Source: Plasmodiophora brassicae (Eukaryota). Taken from it: 64,000 nt of DNA. Within the stretch, counting starts at the first letter, position 1. Each line of letters begins with the position of its first letter. Where the stretch lies: the NCBI GenBank assembly GCA_036867785.1, contig CP145411.1, forward strand, positions 868,001 through 932,000, written 5' to 3'. The notes beneath the pieces were generated by a model. It did no database searches and had not been told where the DNA came from. It saw only the letters and a program-made list of their open reading frames with translations. Of this stretch, positions 14,601-28,006 are shown one piece after another. A program made the position numbers and the translations under genes.

Positions 14601-15700
14601 GAGGCAGCGCGTCTGCTCGCACTGCTACCCGGGCCAAGCCCATATCTCCAGGCCAAGGTCCTTCACCTACAGGTTAGCCGCCTCTCTCTCTATCGCTTCT
14701 GGCGATCTGTCGTGCTGACCGTACCGTCTCGCAGGCAAACGTGTGCGATACGCCAGCGGAAGCTGTTCGCCTCGCTCTGGAATCGGCGAATACGATCGTC
14801 GGGAAATGTGGGCAGGAGCCGTTGCCGTTGCAGCGTGCCCTGGTCCTGGCAGCGACGCGCTACTGGAAGGGGCTCGGCGATCGTGGCCGTTCGGCCTGCG
14901 CCCTGTACGACGCGTGCCGGGTTCGGTCGGCGGCCGTCAAGCTGGAGCGCGATGTCGTGGAGGCTGCGGCTGCCGTTGCCAACGTCGACAGGCTGGACGC
15001 GGGCGTGCTTCGCGACCTGCGCGATCTGTATGTGGCGTTCGTGCTGGAGAGTGGCGCCGCCGAGACCGAAGCGAACGCGAGGAAGGAGTTGAAGCTGACC
15101 GGGGCCGACGTGGCTCAGATGCTGATCTGCTGTCGAGCCGACCTGGAGCGTCTCAGCTGGCGGGATTCGTCATGCGAGGTGCTCAGGCGTCAGCTGCCGC
15201 TCCTGCATAGTTGGTTACGAGACAGCGTCCCCGCGTACAAGGCCACCACACTCGAGGCGATCAGTTACGACGGCGACGGGGCGGTCGCGTCCGTGCCCGC
15301 CGACACGGTCTGCATGTGCTGGCAACCGGCGGACGACACCAGCGACGTGTCGCTGCTATTCATGGCAACGGGCGCGCCTCTGGTTCTCGGTTCGCTCGTC
15401 GTTCGCCGATCTGCTGTCGCGAGCGTATTCGACGCCATCGGTCGGTGGAGACAGGAGGAGAACGCGCCGACCAGCGCGGCATCTCTCTGGCGCACCATCT
15501 CCAGTGCCCTTCTCGGCGACGGCGCCGAGTTCACCGTGCCGGACGGAGCGCCCCCGCCATCCGCCAACCTCGCGCCCATGCTGCAACGACTGTTCGACGT
15601 CGACGGTGCCCAGATGGCCACGGACCCGGCCGTCTCGTGCGTCCTGCGATCCATCCTGGCCAAGGTGCCTGCGGCCGGCACCAGCCCCGGCCAGTCATGA
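8631..15700 (+). CDS. CFAP54: Cilia- and flagella-associated protein 54 homolog, multi-exon
   Basis: N-terminal WLLYNGTIHLYRMCKPL...FLNWSIVAMETSLPLCAPRYLSWRVTLY matches the CFAP54 N domain. A chain of long helical ORFs joined by short introns reaches TGA 15698-15700. Confidence 0.8.
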
Positions 15701-15945
15701 TCAATAGACACGTCGCATCCAGTATGGTCTATAGCGGCCTGCCCCCCTCCCATGCGGTTTAGTAGCAGGTCGCGTTATCTCCGCCGTCGATTCGTCCACG
15801 AAGAAAAAGGCGTTAACTGCGTTGGCGGTTCCGGAAATAGCATCAGGCCGCCCGTCGTCGGGTTCGTTCACGGCAGCAACGCAGCGGCGGACTTTTTCTG
15901 CATTCAGGTTCACGAGCGCAAAGGGTCGTCATCGTCCTCGTCATC

Positions 15946-16527
15946 ATGGTGCATCGCGCGGCCCTGGTCCTTGCGGTTTGCAGCGCGGCGCTGATCGCGG
16001 TCGCTGCCGCCTCGGATAACGACACGTTCATGGCGAGCGCGCAGGAGCTGGTCCAGAAGCATCCGCGTGCGGCGGCCGAGGCGATTATGGCGCTGGCGGC
16101 AACGTCCCTGTTCGGCTTCCGCCGTGTCGCGACGGCATCGACGTTGTACTACCTGAACAAGAACGCGGCCGAGCGAGACGCCAACGGTGCAGGCGAACAG
16201 CCCGCGCTCGACCCGACCGAAGACCTGTTCACGATGAATGGCATGCACTCGCTGGCGTCGAAGTCGAACAACGAGCGTCTGGCTGCCGCGAAGAACACGA
16301 TCCGTCATCGCGTTCTGCGTCCATTGAACGAACGGTACTATCGACTGTACAAGCACGTCAAGGACACGCACGTCAAACCGGTTCTCGGGGTCCACAGTGA
16401 CAAGGCCATGGTCTTTGGAGCACCCGCCTCCGTCATTGCCATGTCGAAGACGGCTGCTACCGCAGCGGGTTTGGCCGTCGGCGCCTACGTCTACCTCGGC
16501 AACTCCAACAAGACCGCGACGCCCTAG
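15946..16527 (+). CDS. Intronless signal-peptide protein (193 aa) with C-terminal hydrophobic segment; paralog A
   Basis: Signal-like N-terminus MVHRAALVLAVCSAALIAVAAA; aligns along its length with ORF 16783-17376. Confidence 0.75.
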   Translation: MVHRAALVLAVCSAALIAVAAASDNDTFMASAQELVQKHPRAAAEAIMALAATSLFGFRRVATASTLYYLNKNAAERDANGAGEQPALDPTEDLFTMNGMHSLASKSNNERLAAAKNTIRHRVLRPLNERYYRLYKHVKDTHVKPVLGVHSDKAMVFGAPASVIAMSKTAATAAGLAVGAYVYLGNSNKTATP

Positions 16528-16782
16528 GCGAATCGCCCCAATACATACCTTTCGGTGACTGTCCACCAGCAGACTGGACTCATTAGCTGAGGCTGTTGGT
16601 TGCCTGACCGCCAACTCGATATCTATCCACCACGTCGGCGGCACAATGTCCCGCTGTCCCGCGAACTACCTAAAAATAGGTTTCAGCCACGCTCGTCGTG
16701 ACTCGTGACTCTCGCCGGAACCGGAGCCGCACTTCGATCTGGTCGGACAGAAGGGCCATAAGGCGACCGGGTCGTCGTCCTC

Positions 16783-17376
16783 ATGCCGCACAGGTTCGTT
16801 GTTATAGCGCTCTGCAGCATTGCTGCCCTCGCGCTGCAGTTCGCCGGCGTCAGGGCCGGTGGTGGTCCCGAAGGGTTCATGGACCATGCGCAGGACCTCG
16901 TCGTGAAGCACCCACGCGAAACGGTCGAGGTGGTTGGCATACTGGCTGCGATATCGGCGTTCGGCGCTCGACGTGTCGCCGTAGCAGCCGCGTTGTACCT
17001 CCTGAACAAGAACGCCGCCCAGCGTGACGCCAGAGGATATGTCGCGTCCACGCTCGCCCGAAAGAACGATGTGTTCACCACGGAAGGTCTGCGATCCCTG
17101 TCCTCAAAGTCGACCAGCGAACGCTTGGCATCCGTGTGGAAGACGCTCGGGCATCACATTATGCACCCGGTGAACGAACGCTATTACGGCTTGTACAAGC
17201 GCGTCAAGGGCAAGTTCATCCGGCCAGTGTTCGGGTCATCGGCGGACAAGGTCATGGTCTATGGCGGGCCGGGGGCCGCCTTATTCGCATCCAAGTCGGC
17301 TGCGGTCGTGCTGGCCTTGGGCGTGGCCGCATACATGTTCCTCAATAAGCCCACAGCACCAGGTTCAGCATCGTAG
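16783..17376 (+). CDS. Intronless signal-peptide protein (197 aa); tandem paralog B
   Basis: Signal-like N-terminus MPHRFVVIALCSIAALALQFAGVRA. Blocks shared with paralog A: FMxxAQxLVxKHPR, LNKNAAxRDA, PxNERYYxLYKxVK. Confidence 0.75.
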   Translation: MPHRFVVIALCSIAALALQFAGVRAGGGPEGFMDHAQDLVVKHPRETVEVVGILAAISAFGARRVAVAAALYLLNKNAAQRDARGYVASTLARKNDVFTTEGLRSLSSKSTSERLASVWKTLGHHIMHPVNERYYGLYKRVKGKFIRPVFGSSADKVMVYGGPGAALFASKSAAVVLALGVAAYMFLNKPTAPGSAS

Positions 17377-17424
17377 GCGAACGAACCCGCCCTTCGCAAT
17401 ACAAACTCGGTTACGTGTTGAAAC

Positions 17425-20400
17425 CTATGGTGCATTGATGTTCTGCTCAACGACAAGGTCGTGGTAGAGCCCACGCTTGGCGAACAAGTCGGCATGATTG
17501 CCGCTCTCGACGATCATGCCGTTCTGAAACACGAAAATAACGTCGGCATTCTGGATGGCGCTCAGGCGATGAGCGATCGCCACCGTAGTTCGACCCCGGG
17601 CGGCTTTGTCGAGCGCCTCCTGCACCACTCGCTCCGATTCTGGATCCAGGGCAGACGTTGCCTCATCTGTCCACCAAGCGGTCAGACCCCACGTGTGCAA
17701 CAAGCAGATCGACCGTGCGGACCCAGCAAGAGGATACGCGGCTGCCTGATCAGGGCGCGAGCGATAGCAATTCGTTGCTTCTGGCCACCAGACAGCTGCG
17801 TGCCCCTGGCGCCGACAGGCGTGTTGTAGCCATTTGGTAGCGACATTATGAAATCGTGGATGTTTGCCTCCTTGCAGCTTGCTTCGATTTCGGATTGGGT
17901 CGGTAGGGAATCGGCGTACCCAGCCCCGTATGCGACATTCTCGCCGATGGTCAACATGGCAAACAGGCTCGGTTCTTGCGATACGATACCAATCGCCGAC
18001 CGGTACGACGACAGGTGCAAATCCGCGATGTTTACCCCGTCGACGAGAATCGACCCACCGGTGACATTGTAGAAACGTTCGATCAGCGACACGACTGTCG
18101 ACTTTCCAGACCCACCTGCCAACGGCTCACATCGACAACGCCAGAGACGCAATAGAGCAACGTACTAGGGCCAACCAGAGCGACAAACTGTCCAGGTTTG
18201 ACATCCAGGTCGATCCCTCTGAGAACAGGAACCGTCGGGCGGAGAGGATAACAGAAGGCAACATTCCTGAATTCGATCGACCCACGAACGGTCTTAGGGT
18301 CGACGCGAATCCCGTCCGGGGAGTCACTATCGATAAGCGGCCGCTTCTCGAGCAGTCGTATGATGGCTTCTCCAGAATCTTTGGCGCGGTAAAGGTCGGG
18401 TGCATATCCAAACGCTCGTCCAGCAGACGTACTCCTACGTTGAAAACACTTAATGCTTCATGGCAAAGGGTTCTACACGAGTACGTCTTGATTGTACCCG
18501 AAAACGAGAGCGATAAACACCACCATCATCTGATCGATCTGGTAGCCCTCATATGCAATGAGGCGGCCACCATACCAGAACACCAGGGAGTTCACCAGGA
18601 AGATCATCGACTGTGACAAGGCGAACGCCCATGTCCCGAGAGTTGCATTGCGCACCCCATCCCGGAACGGTTCATCGAGCATCGCCACATATCGGTCATG
18701 ATCACACGACAACGACTGGACAGCCCGGATGGCAGCAACAGATTCGCAGGCCACCTGTGCTGAACGCGCATAGGCTAGATGTTCGCTGGGATTTCAGCAT
18801 ACGAATGCTACCGGGACTACGATGTACCTTCTTTCGACTTCTCTGAGAAATGCGCCAGTATTCGAACCCGGACCAGGCCAGATCCAATCATCAGAGGCAC
18901 TGTGCAGAGGGAAATAAGAAACCGTGATGCCAAATACAGCGGTAACTACAGACTGACGCCCGCAAACGCCAACCAGCGCCAGCTTCCACCCGTATGCGAC
19001 CGATACGGTAACGCAGGCGACGAGGTTCACTATCACTTGCAGGATGGTGGCCAGAATTGCCCCGGATGCGCCTTGTACTTGTTGTGCGTCTCTGGCGAGA
19101 CTTGCTGTGAGGGCCCCGACGGAATGCTCTTCGTAGTCAAAGAAGGAACTATCCTGACGAAGAATTGCGGCGAGCGCGCGTTGACGAATCCGTTCCGTCA
19201 GCAATTCGCCAGCAACGCCGAATCCGCCATTCTGCATAGCGGTGACGGCGACCGTCGCGATTCCTAGCAGCAAGAACGCCAACGACATCATGTTTGCATC
19301 GTGCTCTGTGTTCGGCCCAGGTTGGGCAAACAACTGAAACAGTCGTCAGCACGATTGATTAGCGCGACTAACGGAAACCACCTGGATGATGGTTGCGAAA
19401 ATGATGGCGAACGCTGGATATACCAAGCCGTTGGCGCTCGCTGCAAGGAAGGCGGGGATGGTGATTGTTAGCTCAGGACGGTTCATCCTGAACATGTACG
19501 ATAGAACTTTCCAAGATGATAGGCGGGGCTGGCGATCGGTGAGCTCAATCGTGACATCCTGGCTGGCAACTGTCTGTGGGGCGCGAACACCAGCATCGAT
19601 TCGCTCATCTTGGGCTTGAACAGGGTTCACACTGAACGTCTCAATTAACGGTTCGCTTGGTTGGGGTACCCGGTCGGCGCTCGCGATTTGCTGACTGCGA
19701 ACCATCTCTGCGTACACACCACCAGCTCGAATCAGTTCAACATGAGTCCCATCCTCAATGACGTGCCCGCCGCGTTCCAGAACGATAATGCGGTCTGCGT
19801 TCTTGACGGTCGACAAACGGTGTGCAACGACAACAGTTGTTCTTGACTTTGACGCAGCATCTAACGCGGCCTGAACAATTCGCTCGGACGCAGTATCCAG
19901 CGCCGAAGTTGCTTCGTCTGCAGAGGTTACTGTAAGACACGACACCAGAACGAGGACTCTCTCAGAGCAGACCAAGCAAGAGAATACGTGGATTCGACAG
20001 GATTGCCCTCGCAATTGCAATTCGTTGTTTCTGACCTCCAGACAGACGACCTCCACGTTCGCCCACTTCACTGTCATACCCCTGGGGTAGTTTCATAACG
20101 AAACCATGCGCGTTCGCCAGTTTGCACGCCTCCACAATGCGGTCGTGACGTTCTAATTGGGACATTTCCTTGCGCTGCTTATCAGTGAAGCCGAGCGATA
20201 TGTTGTCACTTACCGTTCCGTCGAATAGAACAGGTTCCTGCGACAGATTCAAGTGTCAGACTTCATTATACGGCTCCAGTCCTTGAATATACCTGAGAAA
20301 CCAGTCCGATCTGGCTGCGAAGCCATGACAAGTTCAAATCAGTAAGGGGGATGCCATCCAGTGCGACTGTTCCGGAATCAGGATCATAGAAGCGTTCGAT

Positions 20401-22120
20401 CAGTTGGACGATAGTCGACTTTCCACCACCGCTAGCACCTTACGATAACATCAGCCAGAGAGAAGATGTACAACATTGATTGCTTGATCGGACCTACGAC
20501 CGCGACTGTTGTTCCTGCCTTGATGTCCAATTTAAAGCCATCTAAGACGACTACGCCAGGGCGAGAAGGGTATGCGAACTGCCAAGGTGATCTATTTCAA
20601 GACAATAGTAGTAATTCTGAGCCATGTCTTCGTTTACCTGAACATCCTTGAATGTTATGTGGCCTTTCAGTTCGGATTCAGGAATAAGCTTTCCGTTGCG
20701 ATCGTAGGGATCAATCTTTGGGGCGATATCGATGGTTTGGAACAGTTTCGCACCAGCACTCTTCGCCATCGAAAACGCTTGAAAATCGGGTGCGACTTGT
20801 CCAAGCGCAAGCGACCCAATAAGAACACCGAAGAACACGCTCACAATATTGCCTGCAGATTTGTCAATGATTGCATTTGCGAGGCGAGGTTCCTGCATGC
20901 CTGCGGTGATTTCACCCTTCGACAGTAGTATATAGCCATAGTAGAATGCAAGTGAGTACGCGAAGTAGTTGAACCCAAATTGGATCCCAAAACCAATTCC
21001 AGTGACCTAAGCCGAGTATTCTGTTTAGCTAAATCCCATTCAGCATGCTGCACTCGTAGCCTACCATAGCTTTCTTCTTCCCTTGCTTTCGAGCCTTGGC
21101 GAGCTCTTCGTTATACCTCGTCGCGACACGTTGCTGAATGCCGAATGCTGTCACTGTTCTTACAGACGTAATGGCCTCTTCCGCGATGCTGCCTGCTGAT
21201 GCATAACTTGACAGGATACGCGTGTGGAACTTGCTGACAGCCAAGTTCGTAATAGAGCCGCTGAGTACCATAATCGGGACGACAGACGTCAGGATTAATG
21301 CGAGTCTCCATGAGCGACTGAATGCGACGGCAAAACCTGCCACGAACATGGTGATCTGTTGGCAGGCAAGCGGGACCTTGTCACTGATTCCGTCCTGGAC
21401 CAGTAGGGTATCTGACGTGATGCGCGTTGCGACTTCGCCCGCGCCAACCTTGTCAAAGAATGCAACCGGCTGTCTCAGAACTGCCTTCAGGTAATCGGCT
21501 CGCAGGCAGAACGTCTTCGGCAACCGTTTAGAACGCAGTCAGCGATGGATGTGCCAATTGCTCGGGGTCACCTGTCGCTCACCGGTGTATATGAACGGCG
21601 CCATGAAGAAGTATGTGGCCAGCAAAGTTAACACTAGAGTGGAAGAAGAAACGTCAGCATGTGGTTTGTCGATTCAGTTCCGGACAGTTGGTACCTCCAA
21701 GGTACAAGAAATACAGAGTGATGTGGGCCGTTCTCTGAGCCAGCTCGTCGGCAGTGATAATATCACCGACATGTTTCTGTGCCTCCCATTGTGCGAACGT
21801 ATCAATGAGCGCACCGAAGACGAGCCTGCAATCGGAGCTGAGCCACTATGCCTGACATTTACCAAGGCCGTACGATATCAGGGGACGAGCCGCTCCTGTC
21901 GCCATCGACATAATAATGCCGACCCCATTCATCAACCAGTCGCCAGATGTCGCATATCGCAACAGGTTCTACCACAGTGGCGTTTGAATGGGGCTCCATT
22001 CGAAACAGCGTACCCGAAACAAACCAAGAACCGTGTCGGTCGAACAAGGGCAACCGGGTCCGGTTTCGATGGCAGGATCGGCAAGGGGTCGTTCCCCTCC
22101 AGTTCAATCGAGGTCGACAT
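17425..22120 (-). CDS. Full-length ABCB (MDR/P-glycoprotein) transporter, multi-exon
   Basis: Two NBDs (GASGGGKST and [36 protein letters not shown]) and two TMDs ([26 protein letters not shown]). Confidence 0.92.
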
Positions 22121-22640
22121 GGTGGTGCGGCCCAGTCGTCGCAGAGTGTGGGGCGACTCGGATCGGATCACGGGGTAACAACCGTCACCATGTGCCGGCC
22201 GGATTCTTCGGAGGGCGTGGGCGCTGTCGATCGCGTGGCGGCCCCGAGTGACGCTGACTGCACCGTGCAGTTGCCAGAGGTCCAGGCAACACTTGTTCGG
22301 TATTACCCCATCCTGCATATGTAGTAGTAATACTACACGAGGGAAGGTCTGACATTGCGGGGTAGGCCAATCCAGCATATCGTGTGTATTGTAGCAGTGG
22401 TCGTGTAGTGGTGCGCGAGCAGAGTACGTACGTGCCGAGACAACGAGATTTCCAGATCCGGGTCTCGTGTTGCACTTGCACTATTAGTCTATTACAGTAT
22501 TACCGATTTACCGTACTGACGTGTGGGATAATTTCGATGCGGCGTCTGTGTCTTTTTTTTGTTGAGGGTGCACGACTGGGCCACCGGGGCTGCGCCAGGC
22601 CTATCTGCGGCCGGATCGAATCGACAGATCGCATCCGAAC

Positions 22641-25357
22641 ATGAGCCTGCCTCCGCTGGGCAGGGCGTTTCTTACGAACATCACGCTGTTTGAGACCGAA
22701 CACTGCTTCCTGCTGTGCGGTACCGATGAACTCAGGGAACGGTATCGCGTCCTGCACGTTGATTACAGCGACGTATGTGCCCATGGGTTTGTTCCCCCTC
22801 TTGCAACGTGTTGTACCTCATCCACGGGTTCCTAGGAATCAGCGCCTCAGCCGAACGTGATGGAATACCCAGACGAGTTCACGAAAGTATCGCTTCGTCA
22901 CTGGCTATCGACTCAGGCGGCCGGTAGCTCGTGCCGAATTCGGCTGAGAGCCGCTGCCTTCTTCGGATTCGTCCAGCTTCTGGATAACGACTGGCATATG
23001 CACTTTGCGATCGCTCGTTTGGAGCGCGGCCAGATTGCTAGTCGCAGCATCTATCAGGTCCGTATCGCTCTCTGCTCTACAGTACAGACTTTGATAGAAG
23101 TCAATCGGCAAGGTACAAGAGACGGCCCTCGTCAACATCAAGAGAGATGTCGACCCGATTCCGCTGAATATGCAACGATACCGTACCCTGTTTCAGGCCA
23201 CTGACATGTCAAAGGTATTTGGAATCGTGTCGACCAAATAGCTGGCACGTGTAACGAGCTGTGGGCCGCGTTCCACAGGACTTCTACATGTCTTCCGAGT
23301 ACGATTTAACGAGATCAATGCAGAGTAACGTCGGGGAAGACAGTGAACATGTGTGTTTCTGCGTTCAGGGGCTCTCCCAGCGCCTGACCCATCTACTCAG
23401 GTTAACGAAATGTATTGCTGGAACTGGACATCCATACAGAATGCCCTTCGACTATCATGTCCCAGTTACTGGGTCACCCCGGTCATCCATGGGTTCTTTC
23501 AACAAAAGCCTGTCGAACTGTTCGTCGGCATGCAGTGCATTAGAGCGCTTGCTCAACTGACGCTCGAGATAGGCAATCTAACGATGTCGTCACCCTTACG
23601 CTGCTCTGTCGACGTTCACGTTGGATGGCGGGGACACGGTACCAACGCCGAGGGCTGTCGTCCTCCGGCCGCGGCCATGTTGCTAACGAGGTGCAAACCG
23701 AATTGTTCATCTCACTGGGCGACTCCTGGTCGGAATTCTGCCAGTATGCGGCTGTCTGCTTGCATCGCGGCTCCATTCCGATCTTCTGGGGGCACGATCA
23801 ATCAACAATTACTCAACCTAAACCAGGTACCGACATGACAATGCCTTGTATTGTACCCTGAGCGAGTCCGTCCGTGCGATAGAATTTCGTCTCACCCGAC
23901 GAGAAACGGATTTCACTTCGACGGAAGTACACTTCCAAAGAATGCTCGACGAATATCATGCCCCGATCGTTTGCGTAAATCTGATTCGACAGGTGAAGTG
24001 CCATATTCGTACTTGCTGTCAGGCATCTGAACGTGCTCCAACTCATTCCACAGGGGGCGCACAAGGAGGCACTTCTGGGAGATCAGTTCCAGTTAGCCAT
24101 CCAGGCGTTCGCAGAGCGCTCGCGGTTTACGCCTAGGGATATCATTTACATGCCGTACGATTTTCTTGGTCGGCAGAAGGCTGGTTTCAGTATCGACGAG
24201 GAACTTCGGGATCTGCTTCGCGATAGCGTGAAGAACGTTGGGTTTCTTCACGACAACAAAGTAGTTCGTGCGGGGTCTCGCCCTAAGCAAATGCAAGCTG
24301 GTGTTATCCGGACGAATTGTAAGTTGGCTGGACTCTCAAAGAGGCCGATCGTAATTTGTCGCATTAGGTGTTGACTGCCTGGACCGCACCAACTTCGCCC
24401 AGTACACGGCAGCGTGCGCTGGAATACCCGATCTGTTGAAAGCGCTCGGCATTGCGCGTGGTGATGACTGGGAGGTTACCGATCCCAGCCTTAGCGTTGC
24501 CCTAAAAGGTTGAACACGTCACCGTTGTCGTGGTCGGCTGCTACTGAAGCCCTCCTCGTGCCAGATCTGTTCATGAGCCACGGCGATCGCATTGCCAACC
24601 AGTACGCAGGTCAGCTCTCCTGCAACGGTGCGTCTGAAACAATAGCTAATTTGCAGAGTCTAATCACAGGAAGTGGTGCAATGCACAAGCACGCATTTGG
24701 CTCGCGAGACGTACCTCCGTCTCCTACAGAGGATACTGAGCCGCAAGGGGATACCCTTTCCCCCACTGGACTGAATGGAAAGTCGCCTGGTAAGAAAGGC
24801 GCACAAGTAACGGTCGACCAAGTGAAGGATAAGGTTTTCACGACGTTCGGGAAATTGAAGACCAACGCTGTCAACCACAATGCAGTTACAGCCATCAAGG
24901 TTTACTCATGCGTTGGGTGACATCTACGCGTAACGCCAACTGATCGGGTTCCTAGCGATTCTACAGCAACGCTGTAACCGATATCGAAAAGAACCGAGCA
25001 ACGCAAGTCTTCCTAGGGCATTTCAGGCCCGTGTCGGGCGCTAGTCCAATATGGTTCGTCTCCTCTGTGCGTCTCTGATACTGGCCATAACGAGCTGAAC
25101 GCGTTTAAATGATCAGGGAACTTCCAAACGATGCGGTTTGCAAAGAAGAGCTGTTATGGAGTCCGGACAGCGGTTGCTCGCTTCGGCACCCGTGGGCCGA
25201 CACGTCTCAACAGCAAGACATCATCGTACTAGATTTCGCATCGGCATCGAACCCTCAAACAAGCGAACCTCTGATTGACCTGTCGTTCTTGACGGCGACA
25301 CAGGAACGATCGACCAGCAGTCAGCCAGCGGTAGACGATTCGGGGTTTCTAACATGA
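22641..25357 (+). CDS. FIG4: SAC-domain phosphoinositide phosphatase, FIG4-like, multi-exon
   Basis: AGTRYQRRG, HVANEVQTE, RGSIPIFWGH, spliced catalytic RTNC-VDCLDRTN (CX5R), HGDRIANQYAGS, RFYSNAVTD...VFLGHF. Confidence 0.82.
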
Positions 25358-25441
25358 CTGATTGATTGCACTTCGTGAATCGTTTGTGGCTTCCGCCAGT
25401 AGGGATTATACTCAACCGGAGAATTTATACAGACCAGTCTT

Positions 25442-26787
25442 CTACGTGGCATAGATTTCGCTGAGCTTGGTGCAAGCAGTGAGGGGGCGCTCATGGGCTG
25501 CGTGAAGGTCGCCATAGTTAACGGTCGCCGCCTCCTTGGCACGCTCAATGGCGTCTTCACGCTCCTGAGTCTGCTTCGTGCACTCCGCCTTCAAGGCCGC
25601 CATGTGGGAGACCGTAACAAGACGATCTATTCTTGCCAGGGCTCGTTTATCGTGCCCGTACCAGTGCACGAACTGTGGCTTGACGTAGTAGACCAGGCCC
25701 TGATCCGCCGTAGTCCGCTGCGTGATGAATCCATTGCCGGGAGCCAGAGTGAACACCTCGCCCTCACCTCCAGCAACGCCCACACGTCCCGCCCCGCTGC
25801 TGCTTGGACCAGACCACATCGAGAACACGAACAGAAGGATAATCGGCAGGAATTGCATCAGCAGTTGCCGCAACGACGCGGATTGGTCAGCATTAGCGTT
25901 CGTGGCATGGGCCCAAGGGCCAGGCCGGGCTCGATGGTGCCCTCTTCTTCGATGAGGCATGCCATGCGCGCCACCACTGAAGAACATGTGAAGAATGTCC
26001 TCGGGCGTGAGCACGTCGTCTTGCGGGTGGAACATGCCGCCGCTGAAGCCGCCCCTCATCGGCGACGACGACCGGTTCGGATCCTCTGACCCATACCTGT
26101 CATACGCGGCTTTACGATCAGGATCAGTTAGGCACTCATGCGCCTGATTGACGGCCTTGAACGCGTCGTCTGCCGCTGGAGCATGGTTCTTGTCGGGATG
26201 GAACTGAAACGCTTTCTGCAGGGACGTCAGCGGGAAGTCAGACGAAGGAAAGCGTCCACCTCACCTTCTTGTATGCCTTCTTAATGAGCTCAATGTCGCT
26301 ACAATTCTTCTCGACGCCAAGGCGCGCATAATAGCATTTCGTACTGCGGATCTCGACAGCAAGTCGCTGCTGTTCCCTGCATGGACGAAATACAAATCAC
26401 GGTTAGATGGCGATCGGTACAGCATCGAAATACATACTCTGTATAGTCGCCACGAACTGGACCATGCTTCCGATGATCGTTCTCCTCAGAAGAACGCGCA
26501 TCCTTCGATGTCTGCTGGGACGATTGCGACCGTTGCTGCTGCTGCTGCTGCTGTCGTTCCTTTTCCAATTTCAGCTTGATAGCATTTAAGAACTATGACA
26601 TCAAATTGGCATCAGCGAACAAGGTGGCGCTGTTCAAGGCCCAGCATACAGTTTTAGCTTCTTCGATGGGATACAGTCTGACGGATTTCTCGCACAGCGC
26701 CAGCGCCTTTGCCAGATCGTTCCTCCTGAACGCCTCCCTGGACTGCGCCAGGCACTGGACGCTGGCGTCCCGGTTGGCGATGGACAT
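25442..26787 (-). CDS. DnaJ protein, DNAJB12/14-like (J domain, TM helix, DUF1977-like tail)
   Basis: N-terminal NRDASVQCL...KSVRLYP; J domain FHPDKNHAP...AFKAVNQAHECL; PEDILHMFF; QFLPIILLF; YYVKPQF. Confidence 0.85.
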
Positions 26788-27194
26788 CGCGGCGGGGCGG
26801 CGCACGGAGGCGGGTATCCGACAGCGCCGTGGGCCGCGTACGCGGTACGACCTACCCACACGCAACGCCGCGCAAAACGACGCAGTCGCAGTCACTGTAA
26901 CGCGACGAAAATGGGCACACTGACACGCGACAAGCGGCAGCAGCAGCAGCAGCAGCAGCACGACCCTCCCCCGGAGTTCACCAGAACCTGCATGTCACGA
27001 CCGCACACAAACCAACTAACCGGGTTGAACTGGACACCTGCCGATATGACAAGATCGTTTGGGCGTGGAATCACGTAGAGTCGTGAGCGTGTGGGGATCT
27101 CGTTGCTGTGCCTGGCGCGTGCCCTGGCACATTGCGTCAGATAGGTTTCGATCTAGGACGTAACGAGATTGTTGCTTTGCGGGGCAGGTACGCG

Positions 27195-27909
27195 ATGGTG
27201 CAAGGTTGGGCCACGTTGGCGATTGCAATCCCCGTGCTCGTGAGCGCTGCCGTCGACTACTCGTTTCCCGATCTGGATCCGTATTGTGCTAAGTTCGCCG
27301 ACATGACGACTTGCACTACGGGTGAGCCCGGCCAGACGTGTACTATTCGTTTCGTGCGGTGACGGTTGGGCAGGCATCGGGTGCACTTTCACCAATGGCG
27401 CCTGCGAGTTCGATCGGGCGATGGCGTGCACCCCGAGGCTTGGGCCGGGGTTCCAGAAGGCGATACAGGACACAATGAGCTGCGGTGCGACGGCCGCCAA
27501 CAAATGCCCCGATTCGTGTGAAGGCCCAGCCGCCCAGATGTACGCGTACATGCGCATCTACTTGAACATTACGAGCACCGCCGGCTACAACGACGTCCTT
27601 TTCGCCGTCCAAGGCCTGAAGGACCCACAGAAGCAACAGTTCCTGGCCGATACATCGCTCTGCACCGCTGCGTTGACGACGTACGTGTCCTACAAGGTGT
27701 CACAATGGGACCCAACCTACTGCATGCCAACTGCCGCACAGATCCAGGCCGCGAATGCGGATGCCTCCGCAAGCGTGAACGCCAACAGCAATGGCAACAG
27801 CAACGGTTCTGGCGGTGCGCACAGCAGCGGCGCTGTCGCGGTTCACGTCCTGTACTCACTCTGTTGGGCCGTTGTCATGCTCTTCGTGTTCCGAACGTTC
27901 GACGTCTGA
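27195..27909 (+). CDS. Secreted Cys-rich protein with probable GPI/TM anchor, two exons
   Basis: Signal-like MVQGWATLAIAIPVLVSA; about 10 Cys; N/S/G-rich stalk and hydrophobic C-terminus; intron about 27322-27373. Confidence 0.65.
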
Positions 27910-28006
27910 ACAATGCGCGATGTTGGACTTTGAAACGAGACGCTATTCGATACAATGACGACCATGATGACGAAGCGATCCGCACATCCGTTTATCATAA
28001 CCGTGG

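Noticed and set aside
22321-22340. GTAGTA/TACTAC motifs in divergent promoters (also near 39487)
   Set aside because: Too short and too few to call without an enrichment test.
26937-26960. (CAG)n tract; also (GAC)n near 58183-58212 and poly-C near 37860
   Set aside because: Ordinary microsatellites or low-complexity coding tracts.
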